From Chiloscyllium plagiosum (Eukaryota), in the NCBI RefSeq assembly GCF_004010195.1, contig NC_057756.1, positions 10,653,565-10,706,370 of the forward strand: 52,806 nt of DNA. The letters are read 5' to 3'. Within the stretch, counting starts at the first letter, position 1, and every line of letters begins with the position of its first letter. The position numbers and the translations under genes are program-made. This document shows positions 48,076 to 52,806 of this stretch, in pieces. A model generated the notes under the pieces. It was not told where the DNA came from. It searched no databases and saw only the letters and a list, made by a program, of their open reading frames with translations.

Positions 48076-48306
48076 GTGACTTGGAGGTGCCAGTGTTGGA
48101 CTGGTGAAGGAGCAGCTCTCCGAAAGCCAATGCTTCCAAATAAACCTGTTGGACTAAAACCTGCTGCAGTGTGATTTAACTTTGATTTTTTTTCCGGCAA
48201 TTACTGTTTTTGTTTCTGACTTACAGTATCCACATTTCATCAGATTTTCATTCATTCAGACAGTGGCTCCTCCTGGCCACCAGTGGGAGCCACTTTGCCT
48301 CGCCTC

Positions 48307-48425
48307 ACTTACCTGACCCGAGTACCTCTTGCCTCCTCCCTCTTCCTCCTTGTCTATCCTTCCCCATGGCTGGCGGCCATCTTGGGGTGACGTCACCGTG
48401 CAGCCCCTTGCACTTTTGCGTCAGT
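48307..48425 (-). promoter_or_regulatory. Promoter/first-exon-like module (CRE, YY1 motif, Kozak ATG, splice donor)
   Basis: GGTGACGTCACC at 48386-48397; minus strand CAAGATGGCCGC at 48373-48384; GCCATGG with ATG at 48367; CAG|GTAAGT donor at 48313/48312. Confidence 0.55.
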
Positions 48426-49569
48426 GAGGTAATTGTGCAGTTGCACGGGGAGGCCAGCAGAGTGTGGAATTGTATCACTTTAAACACAAGAGGAACAAAC
48501 ACGGAGAGAGAGAGAGACAGGGAGAGTCCTATCATCTCCCTCCATCCTGAATGTTAACCTCCTGAATATATTTACAGCTAACACTGAGGTAACAACATGA
48601 TATCGGTAAATGGTAAGAATTCTGCAATGAACTTCCCCCTGCCCTGTTTTCTGAGTTAGAATGGAATTGCCCCAGAGACATGGAACTTGGAATTCACACC
48701 ATTACAATAGAATGCCATCACCTTCAATTGGTTATTTCACAGATAGACACACAGAGACAGAGACACACACACACAGACACGCTGACACACACATAGAGAT
48801 ACACAGAAATACGCCCTTTCTCTCTCTTTAATACCCAGTCTCACAACTTCACTTCCACTATCGTAACATCTCTCCATACTGTCTCACGAGAAGTACCCTG
48901 CATCTGATTGCGACCAGTCAGTAATGAGGATCTAAATGATGGAGTGGCAGGGCAGGAGCTCTGTAAGGTAGTTCATCCCTTTAACTGGTGGTATTCAGTT
49001 TTTAAATTTCCAAGCTAAAAGCATAATTCTCAGGACTGTTCTGCTCACGTTTGGTCTGTGCTTGTCCTTGTTAACTATTTATAATGAATGATTGGTTCTT
49101 AGGTCACTGTGAAGGCTAGATCATCAATTAATTAATTACATAACCGAATTCTGATGCAGTGTTTCTCTCACAGTGGCCTCTCTTCATTCCTTAAGACTAT
49201 AAGACAGCAGAGCAGGAACAGGCCATTCAGCCCATTTCGTTAGACCTTTCAGTGGTGACATCACAAAGTTTCACCTGATCCTTTAACTGTGTCGATTAGG
49301 CGAACAGTGAGGATAGTTTTTTTCTTGATCTAGAAGTTGCAGAAATAAATGGGTAGACTGCTTTCACTGAGTTCAGGATAAGGAATTAATATTCTGACAC
49401 AGCAGCTGGAATCAACACTGTTCTGAATAACTTTACATCCTAACCTCTTGGCTTCACTGGGTTTTCGTTTGTCTGTTTGTTGAGTCTGCCCTCATGTCTT
49501 TGTTCTTCTGTTTTTAATTTTAACAAAGACGTTACAGTGACCAGCATTAACCAGCAATGACTTATGACA

Positions 49570-49865
49570 GTCAGGGAGTGATATTATTTCTGGACTGTTA
49601 ATCCAGACACCAGTTAATGTTCTGGGGACTTGGGTTTGAATCTGACCAGGGCAGATGAAGGAATTTCAATTCAATGTAAATATTGTCCCTCAATCTGTTG
49701 TCAATTGTTGGAAAATCCTATCTGGTTCATTAATGTCCATCCAGGAAGGAAACTGCCATCCTTTCCTGTTATGGCCTGAGCATGACTCCAGACCCACAGT
49801 AACATGCCCTCTGGGTAATTTAGGGATGGGCATTAAGTGCTGGCCTGGCCAGTGACCCCCTCATC
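49570..49865 (+). mobile_element. tRNA-derived SINE with L2-like 3' tail
   Basis: GGGTTTGAATC B-box-like head. The tail TAGGGATGGGCATTAAGTGCTGGCCTGGCCAGTGAC matches the LINE tail at 37700-37745. Confidence 0.7.
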
Positions 49866-49869
49866 GCCT

Positions 49870-50380
49870 ACTTTGGGAAAAACCTTGTCGATTTATGCTA
49901 TCTATGCTCTCATGATCCTATAAACCTCTATAAGGTCACCCCTAAGCTTCCAACGCTCCAAGGAAAATAGCCCTGGCCTATTCAGCGTCTTCCTATAGCT
50001 CAAGTCCACCAATTCTAGCAACATATTTTCTGTACCCTTTCAAGTTTAACAACATCTTTCCTATAGCAGTGAGACCAGAATTGAACGTAATATTCCAGAT
50101 GTCCCCTAACCAATGCCTTCACAGCTGTGACATCACATCTCAATTCCAATCTCAGTGCAATGACTAACTACCTTCTTCACTATCTTGTCTACCACTAACT
50201 CTCCCTTCAAGGAAATATAAGTCTGCACCCCAGTGACTCTTTCTTCAGCAAGAGACCTCCCATGACCCTATTATTAAATGTATATATCCATCCCAAAATG
50301 GTGATTGTGATTTGCCGTTTCAAAGTGCAACATCTCACACTTAACTAAATTAAACTACACCTACCAGTCATCGGCCCATT
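49870..50380 (-). mobile_element. CR1 LINE fragment
   Basis: Reverse complement of the type of sequence at 42650-43130. Confidence 0.85.
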
Positions 50381-50589
50381 TTCTGATGAGCTATTTTATT
50401 TAATTCCATCAGAACCTCGGAAGGATCTGATTGTGATGGAGACTTACAGAGGACTCCAAGCCGACAGGAATTCCCCAGTAAGAAATTTCATTTTCCCGGA
50501 CAATTCCTTGGGATTGTACTGCGACGGGAAATCTCAGGTTCCCAGCTCAACTCTCTGCCTGCACTGGGATAAGGACACTTTGTCACGAG

Positions 50590-51095
50590 TGTGAGGGAAT
50601 ACTCCCCACTTGCCTGGATGGGGTCAGCTCCAACAATCACTCTAGAAGCTTGACACCATCCAGGACAAAGCAGCCCTCTTGATTGTCCCCATATCCACAA
50701 CCGTTACTTCCCTCCACCTCGATGCTCAATAGCAACAGTGTGTACCATCTCTATGATGCTCTCCAGAAATTCACTACAGATCCTGAGGCATCACTTCCCA
50801 AACCCACGACCACTTGCTTCTGGAGGGACAAAGGCAGCAGTTTCATGGGCATACCAGCCCTCACAAGGTCCCAAGCAAGTCCCTGACCACTCTGACTTGG
50901 AAATATATCACTGTTTCCTCAGTGTCACTGGGTCAATATCCTGGGATTCACTCCTTAACAACATTGTGGCTCTACTGACAGCAGGTGAACTGCAGCGGTT
51001 CAGGAAAACAGCTCACCCCCATCTTCTCAAGGCGGGAAGCTAGGGACGAGCAATAAACACTGACCCAGCCAGTGACACCCACATCACATGAGAGA
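50590..51095 (+). mobile_element. L2/CR1-like LINE 3' end
   Basis: Colinear with 37265-37760. Confidence 0.85.
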
Positions 51096-51839
51096 ATTTT
51101 TCAAAGATCATCTTCGGTTTGGTGCCAACAGAATCCCTCCTGTTGGATTTTGTGAGGAGTTTTATTCATTCATAACGCAGGGAATTCATGTAAGCAGGTA
51201 TTTTACTGCGTTACTGATCTGCACTCTGACTCCAGACAATGTTGCGGAGTACATAAATGTATTTGTGCAAAAACTTAGATTCCACAGCATGTGACCAACT
51301 TTTCTGAAATCATTTACAAAAAACGAGAGAGTCTGGGTGGATTCTTTGAATGGCATAATAGAAGAAATTTACACCAACGGCTGACCACAGGAGGGGGTGA
51401 GATGGTGGGAAAAAAGACTGAAAACGTGCAGACAGAGAGAACAGAGTCAGAGAAAGATGGAGCGAGATGGAGAGACTCTCTCTCTGTCTGTGTCTGTCCC
51501 GTCTTGTGTTTAAAATGATAATGCCACCCTCTGCTGGCTTCTCCGTGCCACTGCACACTGCATTTCTATTTCACAGAAGTAAATGGACTTAACAAAAATA
51601 ATTTTACCAAAAAACATTGCAAACACATCTGGATCAGTTGTGCTCTGTCTCCACTACCGACGCTCTTTAGCAAAGGTGTGTCCCACTGGCCAGATGCATG
51701 CAGAAACTCACCAAGTTTCCTGACAGAGCAGCTTCCAAGCCATAGCACTGTAACCTGGGATGCAAGCACAGCAGATAGATGGAAAACCACCACGTGACAT
51801 TTCAACATCACTATTGCTTGGAAAAACAGCTCAGTTCCA

Positions 51840-52154
51840 TATAGAGTCATGGAGTTATAGAGATATACAGTACAGAATCAGACCCTTCGGTCCAACTCAT
51901 CCATGCCGATCAGATATCCTAACCTAATCCAGTCACATTGCCATCGCTTGGCCCATACCCCTCTCACATTTCCTATTCATGTGCCCATCCAGATGCCTTT
52001 TAAATGCTGTAATTGTACCAGCTTCCATCACTTTCTCTGCCAGCTCAATCCACACATGCATGATCCACTGAGTGAAAAGGCTGCGCCTTAGATCCCTTTT
52101 ATATTTTTGCCCTCTCATCCTAAACCTATGCCCTCTAATTTTGGACTCCCCCAC
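51840..52154 (-). mobile_element. CR1 LINE 3' end
   Basis: RGHRFRMRG..YKRDLR...FTQ...VW.EL; ATAGAGTCAT tail. Confidence 0.9.
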
Positions 52155-52806
52155 CCCGAGCACTCAAGGTCGGTATGAGCAGTCAAGTTCGCTCCCATCA
52201 CAGTTCGGACCACTTGCCGACGTTGGCAATGCACGAAAATTGGCCTGAACGCGGGGGCCGGTCTGCTCTCGAAGGCGAGACCTTCGGCAGAACCGCCGGG
52301 TCAAATCCGGACGAGCTAGCCGGCCCCGAGCACTCAAAGTCGGTATGAGCTGTCAAGTTCGCTCCCATCACAGTTTGGACCACTTGCCGACTTTGGACAT
52401 GCACGAAATTCGGACTGAACCCGGGGACCGGTCCGCTCTCGAAGGCGAGACACTCACCCTAAGCCTGACCCCACCGCCGGTGGCGATCCAGGCAAACACA
52501 CCCTTCAAAATCACACCCATCCGGCAATGCTACTCAAAAAAGGATCCAAATTCAGAAACACCCCCTTCAAAAGGCACTCCGTCCCCGGCCACACTACCGG
52601 GGCATGCTCCCCTGGGCGATAATTAAGCCCCCACCACTATTTGAAGCCAACCACAGCCGCAACTTGAAAGGAGAAGTCAGTAACCAATTCAAAAATGCAC
52701 TTGGTTACTGACTTCTACACACTCAAAAAAATTCTAAGTGTCGTTGGTTACTGATTTGTACTGAGCCTAAAAAATTCTAAGTGTCACTGGTTACTGATTT
52801 GTACTG
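52155..52806. repeat. CpG-rich repeat block: 170-bp tandem (~1.75 copies), 16-bp inverted repeat and 43-bp tandem
   Basis: CCCGAGCACTCAA starts at 52155 and 52325. AGAAGTCAGTAACCAA at 52672-52687 is inverted at 52701-52716. AAAAAATTCTAAGTGTC recurs with a 43-bp period. Confidence 0.85.

Overview
Repeat-rich vertebrate genomic DNA, very probably from an elasmobranch (shark). The basis for that call is HE1/V-SINE-type SINEs, abundant CR1-clade LINE fragments and a two-exon GPR139-like GPCR. It is not prokaryotic, and most listed ORFs are spurious or decayed transposon frames. From start to end the window contains: (1) a CpG-rich 26-bp satellite and a 500-N gap; (2) CR1, L2-like, Penelope and SINE debris; (3) a ~7.8-kb defective class I (HERV-I/IP-like) endogenous retrovirus on the minus strand, with two LTRs, a tRNA-Pro PBS, a PPT, and gag, pol and env remnants. 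The provirus has lost NC, protease and the RT catalytic core through an in-frame deletion. Its RNase H is interrupted by a 522-bp fold-back Penelope-like insertion with a 14-bp TSD and a minimal hammerhead ribozyme motif on each strand; (4) a GPR139-like class A GPCR gene with one homopolymer frameshift, a candidate extra first exon and a truncated downstream paralogue; (5) a tRNA-Leu 3' half, a CRE+YY1 first-exon-like element and dispersed inverted repeats; (6) a CpG-rich 170-bp/43-bp tandem block at the right edge. All identities and boundaries were estimated by eye. Boundaries of old repeats are approximate.
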